64,000 nucleotides of DNA, taken from the NCBI GenBank assembly GCA_013239625.1, contig MU053758.1:930001-994000 (forward strand), given 5' to 3'. The DNA is from Lama guanicoe (taxonomy: Eukaryota). The notes under the pieces are model-generated. The model was not told the DNA's origin, did not search any database, and saw only the letters and a program-made list of their open reading frames with translations. Every line of letters begins with the position of its first letter. Position 1 is the stretch's first letter. Of this stretch, positions 14,070 to 27,100 are shown piece by piece. Position numbers and translations under genes: made by a program.

Positions 14070-16752
14070 GTAAGTGTTCTTCATTTGCACAGCAGCATCT
14101 CACTCCTGGATGCAAGCACTTCGTAAATTCTCAAGCACTTAGATCTCAACTTAGCAGTCCTTAACTAACACCCATAAAGGAACATGCTTGGGAAAGAAAA
14201 AAGCTTAGGTAAATAATACGTTGCTCATCACCAAAAACTCAGATGCCAATTTAGAAATTACATCCCCTTTAAACTTTAGGATAGTGTGGTCAGCATATTA
14301 AAAGATCACCTTTTATTATGACTAATAACAACACATTATTGAAGTTGAGCACCTTGGCATTAAAAGAAAACCTCCAACACTTTATGGGCATTAATAATAT
14401 AGTTAAAATATTGAAAAAATTAACTCTGAGGAAGATTTTAACAGCTTACCAATGACCCAGAAATGGAACCCTTGAACCCATACTCTTTAAGAGCATGCTC
14501 CAAACTTTATCCTACTGGCTCCTGGGAAGTAATCCAGTGGACATCCCTAGAGCTGTGGAGTACTGAGACCCAGGTGGTTGCTGAGCCCAGGAGACACCTT
14601 TCAGCCAGATGGCAGCAGCAGCGAAGTGTTGACTCAAGCCAGAAGCAGCTTCTTAATGAGCCACCACTGACTCAGTCAAGCACAGCACTCATGAGCTATC
14701 CCTAGAAGACCTCTCATCCATGCTTAACACATTTGCTCAGCTCGTGAGAAGGAACAGAGGATATAAGCACAAATTGGAGGCAGCTACAAATAAATACAAG
14801 ATAAAAGTTAACATTGTAGGTGGATGCAAACTTTCAAATAGGGGATATGCTCCTGCAATTAGACAGCCCCGGGAGTAATTCTACAAAGCACGAGGGAGAT
14901 AAAGTGAAGTAGCAATTCTTGCGGGGGATTTCTTTAGGCTCTGCCACCTTCTTACAGAGGCCAGTGATCCAAAGGAGATCCTTTATTGTCCCTCCAATAA
15001 TTTTCTGTTTCTCGTCCCTTCCTTCTTTCCTGGACTTACTTCTCTCCCAATGTCTGGATATCCAGTCTAGAGAATAATCAGGTATCTACCCAGCTGCCTT
15101 TGGACTTCCTGCACCTTGAACACTAAGGTAGCAGAAAGAACAAGTTTGCTAAGTGATATGGAATTTGCCCCTTGGCTTCGAGGCAGTTACCTCACTCTGC
15201 CTCTCTGCCTGCAGCAGGTGTCACTGACCTTCATCTTGGGTTCACCATCACGATTCCTCAGAGCCTTTCCCACAGAGGGGTGAAGTGTGAAGCCCTACTT
15301 GGAAATGAGAGCAGCATTGCTCAAAACCTGAGTAACAAGTCTCCTGCATCCTTCCAACCTCCAGCCCACTCTCAAATCCAGCAACTATGATTTCTCCCCT
15401 GAATTCTAGGCATACAAGCCAACCAGGTGTTATTTTCTTATTTTAAACCTTCAAACTAACATAACATTTATGTCCTTGTAAAAAAAAATAAAATGTCCAC
15501 AATTTCCCTTGCATTTAAATACATGGTTGGCATATCTGGATATAAAACCCGTTATCACATTCGTTGATTCAGAATCCTTTCTACTCAAGGTGAGGGGGGA
15601 GAGCAAGAGCAAGAGGCTTGGAGACTTTTATTGACCATTTTGCCATCAGAGTGAAATAAAATCCAGTGACCAAAGAAACAACAAAACGTTTTAGTGGCCA
15701 GTTAGAACAAGGAGAGATACTTTAACAAAAAAGATTCTGGTGTCAAAAAGCACTGTAGCATGGCTCCCTTCTCGCCAGTTACTCCTTATTGTGCTCAAAA
15801 CATTTTCTTAGTAAGTACAGAGTGTTTGTGTATTTCTTTTATCTCAACCAGGTAAAGACAGATTCTTTTCTCTTTTCTCTTAATATTGTCTTCCCACTGC
15901 CATCTGTCTCATCATCATCATCAAAAAGCACTTATTAAGCAACTCATTCCACATGACCCAGGACAGAAAGCATCACCCAGACACTGTGGTTCCATTCTAC
16001 ATGCTCTGCCCGAACCACACCGTAAGGGCACAGAATGCTTGGAGACCACCCCCCTCTTTTCCTGTTTCTTATATATTTTTTAAAAAGAGTGACAGGCAGA
16101 GTAGTCTATCCTTTCCCTCTCTTAGGGTCCTTTTCCTTCTATCTCCTTCCTCACCAGGTAATGGTACTCAACAGTTCTCTGCTTCTTCCCAATTTGACCT
16201 CTGCCAAGGGGACTAAAATACTGAGTTTTCATTATTCTCCTGCTAATATAAATTCCCTCCGGACCAGCAGGAGAGGGAGAGCAGTCTGGCCCAAAAGCTA
16301 CACAGGGCAGAGGAGGAGTTCCCGGGAACTTATAATGCCCCCTTGCGCAGCTGTCCCTCCCCTCAAATGTGAGCTCTGCTGGCCCTGATAATAATGTTTC
16401 AGCTCTATAATCACCTTCCAGAGCCTCCCGTTTACAGCCACACTCTCCCTGCTGTAATAATTCCTTCTTTCTGTTATTATAGATCTCTTAACATTCTAAT
16501 AAATTCTCTGTCTCTGTTGTACTCTTTTGGCAAAATAACCTTTCATGTTGCATTTCCCTAGCTTGGCAGTGATATCTGCCTCACTGTCGCAGTAGCCTCT
16601 TCTTAAGCTCCCTTAATAACCTTTCCTTGACTATTGTGGTTCCTCGGGGATGTAACAGCTGTTTCTGTGCTTTGATTTTACATACGAGAGAAGATGCCCT
16701 CCCTTGGCAGTTGCATCTCTCTAGAGATACTGAGAGCTTTCCTGTCTTGCAG

Positions 16753-16877
16753 GCAAGCAGCCCAAAGGGACCTTTCTCATTAAGGGCTACAGTGTACGGA
16801 TGGCCCCCTACCTGCGAAAAGATTCCAAGAAAGAATCCTGCTTTGAGCTGACCTCCCAGGATAGGCGCAGCTATGAG
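16753..16877 (+). CDS. SKAP1: SKAP1 coding exon (~7), PH domain
   Basis: ttgcag|GC AAG CAG CCC...TAT GAG|gtagga; 125 nt, phase 1-0; [42 protein letters not shown]. Confidence 0.96.
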
Positions 16878-17299
16878 GTAGGATGAGCCGAGGAGATGGA
16901 GATCCTCATTAGTGTTGCAGTTTCACTCCATGTTGCACGTGAACCGTGGTTGCTATGCTGGGTTCCATCCTTTCTCCATTACCTCTCATTTCTTACCAAG
17001 AGCTTTCTCCTTGGCATGCCATGCCCACCCATCTGTTGCACCTACGTCTCAGATACTGTCTTTGCTTGGCGTCCGTCTCTTCATCCCCCACCACCTCAGT
17101 CTCACCCCGTAGGTGAGAGTCTTGTCTATTGCAATTCTTTATTCATAGTCTAATTTCATGACTTTAACTCCTACTCTCTTTACTTTTCAACTGATTATCT
17201 TCACTTCCTTTCATGAAACCCAGAAAAAGAGAGATCTGACTGTAGAGTGAAAAATAATTTACTTTCCCATATTCATCTTGCTCTCCAAAATAATCTTCC

Positions 17300-17510
17300 T
17301 GTGTGTAGATGCACCACACATCTCTGGAGGATTTCTAAGATACTGGCAGGAATGATTACTGAGTAGAAAGAGTGATAAGTGAGGAACAAGAGGACCTGAG
17401 TGCGGGTGAGAAAGACATTCTTCACTGTGTTCATTTTTATATATTTTGATATACTATAAAAAGTAATATAATAGGCAATGCATTTATTACCTATTATAAA
17501 ATTAATTAAG
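17300..17510 (+). mobile_element. Old L1 (L1ME/L1MC-like) 3' end
   Basis: gaaagacattcttcactgtgttcatttttatatattttg...atgcatttattacctattataaaa resembles the L1ME4-type 3' terminus. Confidence 0.55.
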
Positions 17511-18199
17511 GCACCAAAACAAATATCTGACTATGGGAATATAGTGCTTTTCACCAAAAATATACTTTTACATGTGTATATTCGCCTATTGTCTCCTGCT
17601 CTTTGGGTATTTTTATCACAGTTTTACTAAAGCAATTTAGAAAACCTTTGGTTAACTTATGACAAAGAGAAAAGCCATGCTAAGGTTTATAGTAACTACT
17701 TGAATAACCCTTTGCCTCTTCAAATTTTTCTCAGCACTCGTCCATTTATGATTCTGCAGTATCCTAATACTTATTTCAGTAAATGCCCTAGGTCTTAATT
17801 ATGCAACTCCAAAAAAAGGTTTTTTTAATTTAAACTAAACTTTCTTGTAGAGTCTTTTATAGATACATATAATACAGATGTATGCACTGGGTGTGTATCT
17901 AAGTTATTTCTATCAGTTCTGATTGTGCCTCATCCAAGTAAAATTTATCTAAGTCTAAGTCAGTTTCCCTAGACATTTTTATAGAAATATATTTTTAAGA
18001 AATCAAGAATGACCATGTCCATTAATAAGTTTTAAGCAGGAATCTAGGTTTCCTATACAGCACATATCTTTATCTTACCATCATAGCCAGATAATAAAAA
18101 GGTTTTTCAGGAACAATCATTTCAAATTGATTCATTTAAAAGAAAAAATTACTAAAGCTTGATGCTTGACTGGCCTGTTTTGTGAATCAGAATGTAGAG

Positions 18200-18950
18200 T
18201 TTGTTTACTTCTTCTTTTCTTTGGCCCGCTGAATCCAAGTCATCACCATGGTCTGTGGATTATTCCTCTACAATATCCTTTGAATCTTTCCCTTCTGATT
18301 TATTCCTACAGCCATCACAATAGTTAAGTCCCTATCGCTTCACCCAGAAGACTAGTTAAGTCTTCTAGCTGGTCTTCTCTCTCTAATTTCTCCCTATTTT
18401 ATTCTCTCCTACTCACAACTAATGAAAGAATCTCCCACTCCTTTTGCTGGATTTACAGTGGCTTCCTGTTGCCTACATTTTACATCTGAATTCCTAGTAC
18501 TCAGAACCCTTTCATCAATTCTTCTCCGATCTCGATTCTCCAGCTTCATCCGTTACTGTTACCTAGTCGAGCTGGTCTGCCTACCTTCACTGTGCATGGT
18601 GGTCTCATTTCTAATCTTTGGCAGCTGGTTCTCACTACCTGACATGTCCAGCTCCCTCCACAAGTCAGTTTCCACCAACTCTTTTAAAATCCAACCAAAA
18701 CAGTATTACTTTAACAAGCCTCCCTGGCTTCCCATAGGCAACAATAAGTACTCTCTGTCTTCTCTCAGTATCCAGCTTTTATCAATGTACCTACTTTGTA
18801 GTGTCCCCATATCAAGAGAGTATGTCGTCTCCAGTACTGATGCATTTGCATTATTCTTTGAAGTCAGGAATTCGGGTTTGCCTTTTTTTCCCTGTAAACT
18901 GTTCTCAATAAATGCCTAATGAATGAGTGGGTAATCAGATGAATGAATGC
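18200..18950 (+). mobile_element. L2 LINE fragment
   Basis: Pyrimidine-rich L2 body ending ctcaataaatgcctaatgaatgagtg. Confidence 0.65.
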
Positions 18951-19198
18951 AGATGAACATGAATTCTGGACTCAAATCCAGCTGTCAACATTGGGTATGC
19001 AAAATTGCTGAAGGAAAAAAATCAATTTGAGTGAGATTTTAATCTTTTTTCTATGTGTTAAGCAGGCAAAAAAATTCATATTCAGAGCTTCCAACTTGAC
19101 TGCAACTCAACTCACAAAGTTCCTCCCCTTGAACCTCCCTGTAGGATTCATGGGAATTTTAGTGAAAGTGATAAGTTAATTCACCAATTTTTCTCTAG

Positions 19199-19262
19199 TT
19201 TACAGCCTCTAATCCAGCTGAAGCCAGAGACTGGGTGGATCAAATAAGTTTCTTATTAAAGG
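19199..19262 (+). CDS. SKAP1: SKAP1 coding exon (~8), C-terminal helix of PH domain
   Basis: ctctag|TTT ACA GCC...TTA AAG G|gtaagt; 64 nt, phase 0-1; [21 protein letters not shown] with the invariant PH tryptophan. Confidence 0.96.
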
Positions 19263-21387
19263 GTAAGTATCATTATTACAGAAACAGTATTTGAGAGCAT
19301 TTGTGGTTGAAGTTATATTGCATAAATATAATCCATAGGCTTCAGTATATATTTATCTGTCCATTCTGCCTACCATGTCCCTCATGTGTGGACAACAAAT
19401 AGTACCATGTATGAATCAGAAGGAAAAGAAGCCATCAGCCTGGAGATGACCTCTAATATCATTCTTGCTCATCCACCTACCTACAGGCAAGTCTGTAATA
19501 TTTGTAATCACCAGAAAAGGAGATTCTGAAAACCAGTTCAGCTCAATTCAATGTCCCCTAACCCATTGTATTCTGGGAAAGAAATTCGTGATACCTAAGT
19601 CATCTAGATGTGGTGTAAGTCCAAAACCTCCTAGTTTTAGTCTTAGTGGGAAATGGAAATCTAAACACATCTAGGTGGCCTTCAAGAACATCAGACATTA
19701 AAAACAAATTGCCATTTCCCAAACCACAATAAAATGTTCCTTGCTTTGGATGGGAAGAATCTTGCCTGAAGATGTTAAATGATTGCTCTTAGAGTACCCT
19801 CTGCTGGCCAGCCTGTAGACACAGCAGTGACAGTGGCCCAGGAAGCCTTGTCTGGGAGCGACCTGGCAGGTAGAAGCAGCCAACCTTGAGTCTGCCGCTT
19901 GGCATCAGATAACCCTCATGATACATCATGGCAGGACCCTGCCTCTGAAGAAAGGCAGAAACACCAGCTTCATCCACGGCCCAAGACCTAGGGAGAAGTG
20001 CGTCAGCCTAAAAACATCAAGCCTTTTCATCTCCGTTTTTTTATTCTGCTATAAGTTTTTATTGTGGATAAAAAGAAGGAAGCACCAGAGCTTTAATTAC
20101 AATTGCCAATTTTGCTCAGTTTATGCCTTTGCTATCACAAGAACAAACGATTGCATCTACCAAGAGCGTCACGTATAATAGACTAGAACCAGGCAAACAT
20201 GAACATTGATGGCGAGACCACAGGGTACACTCTCATCTAGGTGCCTTGGATTTATGCGTGTAATATACCCCTAAGTGTGTAAGCCTCAATAAAACTCAAA
20301 GCAGCTTTATTGAGCTGTACCCTGTGGTACTTTCCGAATCCCACATTGAAGAAATTATTCATCCCATTTTATTTTAAAACAAACAAAATAATAACATATG
20401 GTTTAAGCCACAAATGTGTCTTTGATCCCTTCCTCAGATGAGGTGGCACCAGAACTGAGATGAAAATAGTTGTGAAATCTTTATTAAAAGCCTAATCAAG
20501 CCAAACAGTTTTATTGTGTTTGGAAATGAACGTCGGATGTCTCTCCATCCTTTCCTTCCCCAGAGCACCCTGACTGCTCTCGCCCATCCTGCAGAGGCCC
20601 CTCAGCAGAGTTTCAGAGAGCACTCTGTACTACACGTCAGAGAATGAACCTTCCCAGTTCCCCATTAAAATAAAAAAACCAATCTCCCTCTCCTGCCCTG
20701 TGCTCCCCAGTGCTGTAATGGCTCAACATCCTCTATGCAGTGACCCACTTTAAGGTCAGCCAGACCGTACAGCTGCAAAAGGACATGGTAACCACATCGC
20801 TCAGCCATCCCATTTGGTCTTGTATTACTGTTATATTTTCCACATCCCACTTTCTCTTCCTCTTCCACCTTTGCCCGCTTTTCTCTTTACAAACAAACCT
20901 GTGATAGTTCTGCATGAGCTCGCAGGGGAGAGGAGCTTGTGACAGCTCAGATCCCCTGCGGAAGCCACCATAGTTCCCAGGCTCTGTGCGCCCTGGAGAA
21001 CCACAGGCCATCACTGACCCTTCCAGTTTTCCACTTGACGAGCAGCGCGAGGCACACTGGCATTTCCTCTTCTGGCCTATTTTCTTCCCTTCGCCTCGTG
21101 TGCTCATTCACATACCCATACTTTTCAGGGCTGCTTCGTCCTGATCAAGTTTTATTGCGAGGAAGGATTTATGTTGATGGTTTAAACCTGACGCAGTGCT
21201 AGTCTGGCCTTTTCTGTAGATTTCCTGCCACCATGGCCCGCATTAGAAATAACAGCACTTAACCTAGTGTTTCATTTTCTTTTGACATGTTTTATTTTCA
21301 TCACTCCTCCCCCTTCTCCCTCTTTCCTTCCCTGCTGTATTCCTTTTTTCTCCCTATCTTCATTCATTCTCATCTCTGCCCTGGCAG

Positions 21388-21582
21388 ATCTGAGCTCCTT
21401 AACCATTCCATATGAAGAGGAGGAGGAGGAAGAAGAAGAGGAAGAGATGTATGATGATATTGATGGTTTTGACGCCCCAAATTCTGGTTCCCAAAGCAGA
21501 CCCATTATTCTGCCTGGGAGTGTGGGGCTCAAAGAGCCCAAGGAGGAGAAAGAAGATGACGATATTTACGAAGTCTTACCAG
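21388..21582 (+). CDS. SKAP1: SKAP1 coding exon (~9), acidic linker with YEEE, YDDI and YEVL motifs
   Basis: ggcag|AT CTG AGC...TTA CCA G|gtgaga; 195 nt, phase 1-1; lies inside track ORF 21267..21617. Confidence 0.96.
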
Positions 21583-23999
21583 GTGAGAAATTTCATCTTC
21601 TAATCATCTTCCTGTAGTTTAGAAACTCTTGACCTGGTAGAAGTATATAATTTTGACAACTCCAGAGAAAGCCAAACCTCCAAAGGAGAGACTGTAGGGA
21701 AGTTTCTGTGGAGCTTCTGTGATTCCCAGCACAGACGCTGCCTCCCCTGCTCTGGGGACAAAATAGGTTGATCAGGGAGCATCTCTCATTTCTGCATGTG
21801 AAGTAATTTATTGCAAATGTCAACAGGTTAAAGAGTCAGTACTTATGCTGGTTTTCATTGGTTTACTGCAAGTTTGGGGATGAGTCATCAAAACTCTCTA
21901 GTTTGAACTTCTTTTCTATGTAATTGTGGGAATAATGGAATGTTGCCTCAAAATGATGAAGGATATGAAAAGACTGAAGAAATATAGATGAATGCTGGAC
22001 AACCCTTTTCAGTGACACAGTAAAGCCCTGGCAGAGCACAGCACACTGTTGCCTGCTTCAGATACACCACGAATCAAATCGCATCTCTTACTAATAAGCC
22101 TAACATGTGGTCTCTGCCCACTGTTACAGCAGGTCCACTGTACATATTTCTTTTTTCCAAAGGCATGATAACTGGATCTCAAAAAAATGTGTAATCATCA
22201 CTGCTTCGGCACAGCCACTTCTCGTGTGGATAACAGCAGCTGTTGAACGGTGCAGAGCACAGTGGGGGGTCACACTGTGGAAAAACGAAGCCGGAGCCTT
22301 TTAATTGTGAGGTAGTTAGACCACAGGAACACTGAATCTTCAAGTCCATTCAGAAAGATCGCTCCCGTGGAAATTTGCCAGGAGTTCAGGGCTCTGCTGA
22401 GAAATTCAAATTAAGCCTAAATTTATAGCAATTTAAGCCTCAATCCCAGATGAACCCTAGGAACTAAGGTGAGCCTAACACTGAGGCCCCTGAAGACAGG
22501 GCTGGTTGCTAAAAAGCATTTTCAGTAAGCAACTTGCATTTCAAAGCTTCCTAAGAGGAGGGTCCAACCCTGTCAAAGCCACTTTCATCTCTCCCTTGGG
22601 GGAGAAGCCACGTCATTGCTTCCAGAGTCGAAGAGCAGGGCTGTGGCTACAGGTCTTGCTGAGACCTCGCCCACCACAAGGAGAGCCTGCTTCTTCTCCC
22701 AGCACTTCCAGCCTCTGCCGGTCCCAAGTTCCCCAGCCTTTTTGTTGTGTTTTATCATGCAAATGATATCTTGGTTGAGGTCGAGCCATTTCTTGTGTCT
22801 GAAGTTAAAAAAAAAAATGATAATTTCCTCAGCAAGTCATCGTCGTTAATGAAGTTTTACAAAAACAGATACAACCAAAGGAAAATAAAATTTCACAGGT
22901 GATAAATTTTTCCAATTTCCCTGGCAGAATTCGATAGGATTGTTAAATTAAGAGTGAAGGTGTCTGTTAGAAAGCAACGAGCAGTGATGGGTAATTTTAT
23001 AGAGTGGAAAATTGAATCAAATTGCTACATTAAAACACAGCTCCTCTGAGAATCTTCCCTTTCACAGTCTGCTCCATTGCAACAGCAGGGTGCAGAAATG
23101 GATCTGATTCACAGCCCTCCCTAAAAGGAGATGTACTCCCCAACTTGACCAGAGTCTTCCTCTGGAGCTCACATTCCACTCATTCCTGGCCAGGCTGGGG
23201 GAAATATCTGGGTGACACTCCACTTGGGTCACAGCTGGGAAAACCTTACGGAACCACTCAGCCTTCTGGAAGCTCTCAAAAGAGCAGGCAGGAGAGGGGG
23301 CTGATGCTCAGACACCCAGAGCAAAGGAGAGTAAAGGGAAGGAAATCAGATGAGTCTGAGACCCTCACCTTACCCCAGGTGGGTCAGTGAATAGATGACT
23401 GGCTTCTTCCCAGCCATCCTTCCCCAGACTCTTAAAATCACACCCTCAGCCATTGCGGTACTGCCCAGGGTATCAGGCCAATTCACACCAAAGTTCACAG
23501 CAGTTTGGACTCCAAGGATGTGGAGACTGGTCTGCTTTCTTGAGTAAAACCACTTCCCCTATACTCACAACTGTCCCTTGGAAGTGGGGAAGGCCACATG
23601 GTAGGAAAACCAGGGTCTCTTTCTGCAGGTTAGGACAATGGCATCCAACTTATGTATAAGTTTCCAGAGGACAGTGCTGTACCCAGCCAATTGGTTCTTT
23701 CCCAAAACCTTCTATCCACCACAGTTTTTAGAGACAGCACTGAAGGTGGAATATATCGGCATTTAATTATGATATGACTATTTCACCACGTGTCTCCATC
23801 AGCCAGCTTCCTGTCCATGCCACTTAGCTTGTTGCATCTGAAATTGCTGTTAGTTTTGCCTGTGCCACACTACTGGTCCTGGAGGAACTGAGAGGGAATG
23901 TGAGGGAGCCTGACACTGTCTCCCCTCTGCTGCCATCTCACAAGACCACCCACCGAGCAGTGGCCTGTGAGACCCAGCATGGCTGTCTCAGGATGGACT

Positions 24000-24190
24000 T
24001 GCTCCACCATCTGCTCCTGGGGCAAGTTATCTGCCCTGTGTCTGTGTGATTTCCCCACCCATAAAATGGGGATAACAATAGTAACTATCGTAAAGGGATG
24101 CTGTGAGAAGCCTGGAACTGATGTGTGTAAAGCTCTTAGCCCTGGCATACAGTGAGCATTCAGTATTTATTTACTGGCTATTATTCATTT
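24000..24190 (+). mobile_element. MIR SINE
   Basis: gggcaagttatctgccctg...cataaaatggggataacaatagtaactatc...gtaaagctcttagc...cagtgagcattcagta. Confidence 0.75.
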
Positions 24191-27100
24191 GCTGGTATTT
24201 AAATAGGACATATTACCTCCTTGAAGAATTGGGAAATGGCTCATTCCTCACCTCCACCAACCCGACCTGAGACAGTCCGGTTGGACATTTTCAACAATGT
24301 GTGTGAGGCAGATGAAACTGAAAATCCTAAGCAGATGGAATGTGGATCATGCCTTCTGCTCAGGTGCTGGGTGGAGGGACAGCTGACAGTAAGGTTGGAT
24401 TGCACTTACGTTGCATACCCATCCATAGTCAGATGACTTGGGCCTCTAACATGTGCCTCAAGATAACAGGTAAATGTGCTTTGTGGACAATATTCAGCCT
24501 TGCCAGTTCTGCTCATCCCTTCTCTTTGGGATGGAGCCTACATAAGCCTCATTGTCTCTGCGGGGAGGGTCGTGTAAGTGAGATCTCCCTTCCAGAATAT
24601 CATTTCGACAGGCTTCCTAGTTGAAAGAAAAGTGCCTGTAACACATATCAAGTCAATACAAAAATGTTTTTTCCTAATCAAAATAATGTATGGGTCATCA
24701 AATTAAATGCACTGCCTCACATTAATCATGGGATAATTAGCATTCGCTACGTGGCTAGCACTCTCCTTCCCTTGAGGGAAAACCAGAGCACTCGAGGTTT
24801 TCAGCCAAGACCACAATGTTAGTCCTGGATGATATGGTTTCAAGATTGGTAACCAGTGGGGTTTCTGAACATCCGTGATGAGAATATGGAGGCCCTTGAT
24901 TTTTAAGATCTCATTTGCAGTATATTAAACTGTAGGGGACTACCAACAAAGAAATGCTAAAGCAATATGTGGAAAATGGTAGGCTTTTCTGAGCCCTCTC
25001 TCACCCTGCCGCAAAATTATTTTACAGCTTAACACAAGCCCAGTTTCATGTCGAGATTCCATAGAAGGACAGCTTTGGTCAGGTTTCTCTTTGTCTGGGG
25101 CCTCAAGCCTGGAATCCAACAAGGCACCTGAGACCACTGAAGAGCTGTAACTGGGGCCTTGGGTGGCAACAGAATCTGGTTGTGTTCTCTAGAGAGATTT
25201 CAGGGGAGCAAACGGAAGGAGGGACAAAGAGCCCTCCCCGGGAACTTCTGTGTACATTCCAGTGCTGCCCGTGCTGCCTGGAGGGCTGTTGTGGACCCAG
25301 AAACCAGATTGCTTTATAATAAAGCATTTAACTGTTCTTTTTTTAATTTGAATCAAATGAAAACAAGCATTCTGTGGAATTATCCTTCCCCCTGTACAAT
25401 TGTCCAGACCCACAGGAAATGGGAAAGGTGAGAGTAGGAGGTCAAAGGAAAGAAAGCAGACACCAGAAACACAAAGTTTATGATGAAACAATTTCCAGTT
25501 CCACAGCAAAGCAATGCTCCATGAGGGGAGCACCAAAGAAGAGTCAAGGCCACCATCAGGCCCCCTCCGAGCTTCCCGGCCTTTCTCTCTTTGGGCCAGC
25601 ACCGAAACAGGCATCATGCAATTTCTTCTACCTAGAATATTCACCCTCAGCCTATGAAACCCTACATGGTCTGCTCAACTATGTCTCCTCAGTGACAGCC
25701 TCCAGGAGACTCAGCTGGAATTGAGCTCTTTTTCAGCCTTTAACTGCAGTGATTTGTATTCAGGTCTTTCTCACCAATTAGTAGGTGCTCGATTATTATT
25801 TGTGAAATTTAATTCAGTGCATTCCAAGTGTTGCAATTAGCACAAACTGAGTCTAATACCTTGTACATCAAGCCCATGCCACGGAGATAGGATGCAAGTA
25901 CTTTTAGGTAACAGTTGCGATTACCAACTGTACAACAGAGAATTAAATGTGCTATTAGCCTCATGCACATTTGCCGTGTTGTCTGAAGAGGTGCTGTAGC
26001 CTCCCTGGATTTATATCATACCTGTGCTTTCCGGGGAGTGGTTTCTATTTCCGTATTTTGCATGTTCCCTTTGCATTTCCAGTCTATCTGTATTTCTGCT
26101 GCATCTGTCACCAGAGCACCTTGACATCTGGCTGCACTTTGATACATTTGGCATTTCTGAAGCTTCTGTCACTTTGCTTTATTAGGGAGAAGTGATTTCC
26201 CTCTTTCTTATCTAGTCATTTTTGAATTTTATTCTCAGTTTAGTTGACGTCAGAGCAGCACTTCCAAAAGGAGCCAGATGTCATGAGAAGCTGGCTCCTC
26301 TCTGTGCTTCTGAGGTGGAGTCAGTGTCCTGTTCCTTTCAGCCTCTCATTAGTGTTCCTGACATTGTGCCAAAAGTGTTGATTGAAAATCAACTCTCTGG
26401 ATACTGATGCTCATTTGTGATACCCCATGGTTCTCTTACATGTTCGCATAGTTAACAGAATCTTCCTCAACTGTTTTCCCAATTGAGATAGATATTTGGG
26501 AATCAAGCAGAGCATTTAATGTAATAAGTGGACAGTAATCTTCAGAGGTTAATTTGTTTAAAGTCTATGTAGGATTGGGTTCCCATGTGCCCTGTTAGGA
26601 GCAAAGACCATTATAATCTATTACTGTTTGAAGTTGAGCTAGCACATAAATTTTAATTCTTTCTTAAATGAACACATATTTCAGTAGATATAAATACTAA
26701 AATGCCTAATAACATTCTTACAAAGAAGTTCAACAAGCTCTTTAGCCTAATTTTTTTTAATTTAAAAATAAACTTTTTAAAATTAAAGCCTCACCTTATA
26801 GATGAAAAAAATGACATATTTGGCTGTAAACAGCTCCCTTTGTGAGCAAAAAGACTTTTTTTTCTGTTGCCATATAATCAGTTTTCTTGGCTTTGGAGTT
26901 TGAGAGATACCAATTTGATTTCACTGAAGGATCCAAGGTGAACTCAGCACCTCTCTGTGTGCATTGTGCCCTCGGAAGCTGGGAAGGTGCTGAGATGTGT
27001 GCCTTTCACAGCCATCTGTGGAGGGCACTTTCCTTCACTATGTGTTGGGGCCCCATACTCACTCTTTCAAAGGCCACAGAGGCACACACCCAGCCTCTCA

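Noticed and set aside
18422..18919. 165-aa ORF
   Set aside because: It lies within an L2 fragment; the S/L/F-rich composition reflects pyrimidine bias.
21272..21603. Poly-Ser antisense ORF and basic KRRRR alternative-frame ORF
   Set aside because: Both are shadows of the SKAP1 poly-Glu exon in other frames.
25159..25724. Overlapping ORFs up to 151 aa
   Set aside because: No domain similarity, no convincing exon boundaries, and within chance for moderately GC-rich DNA.
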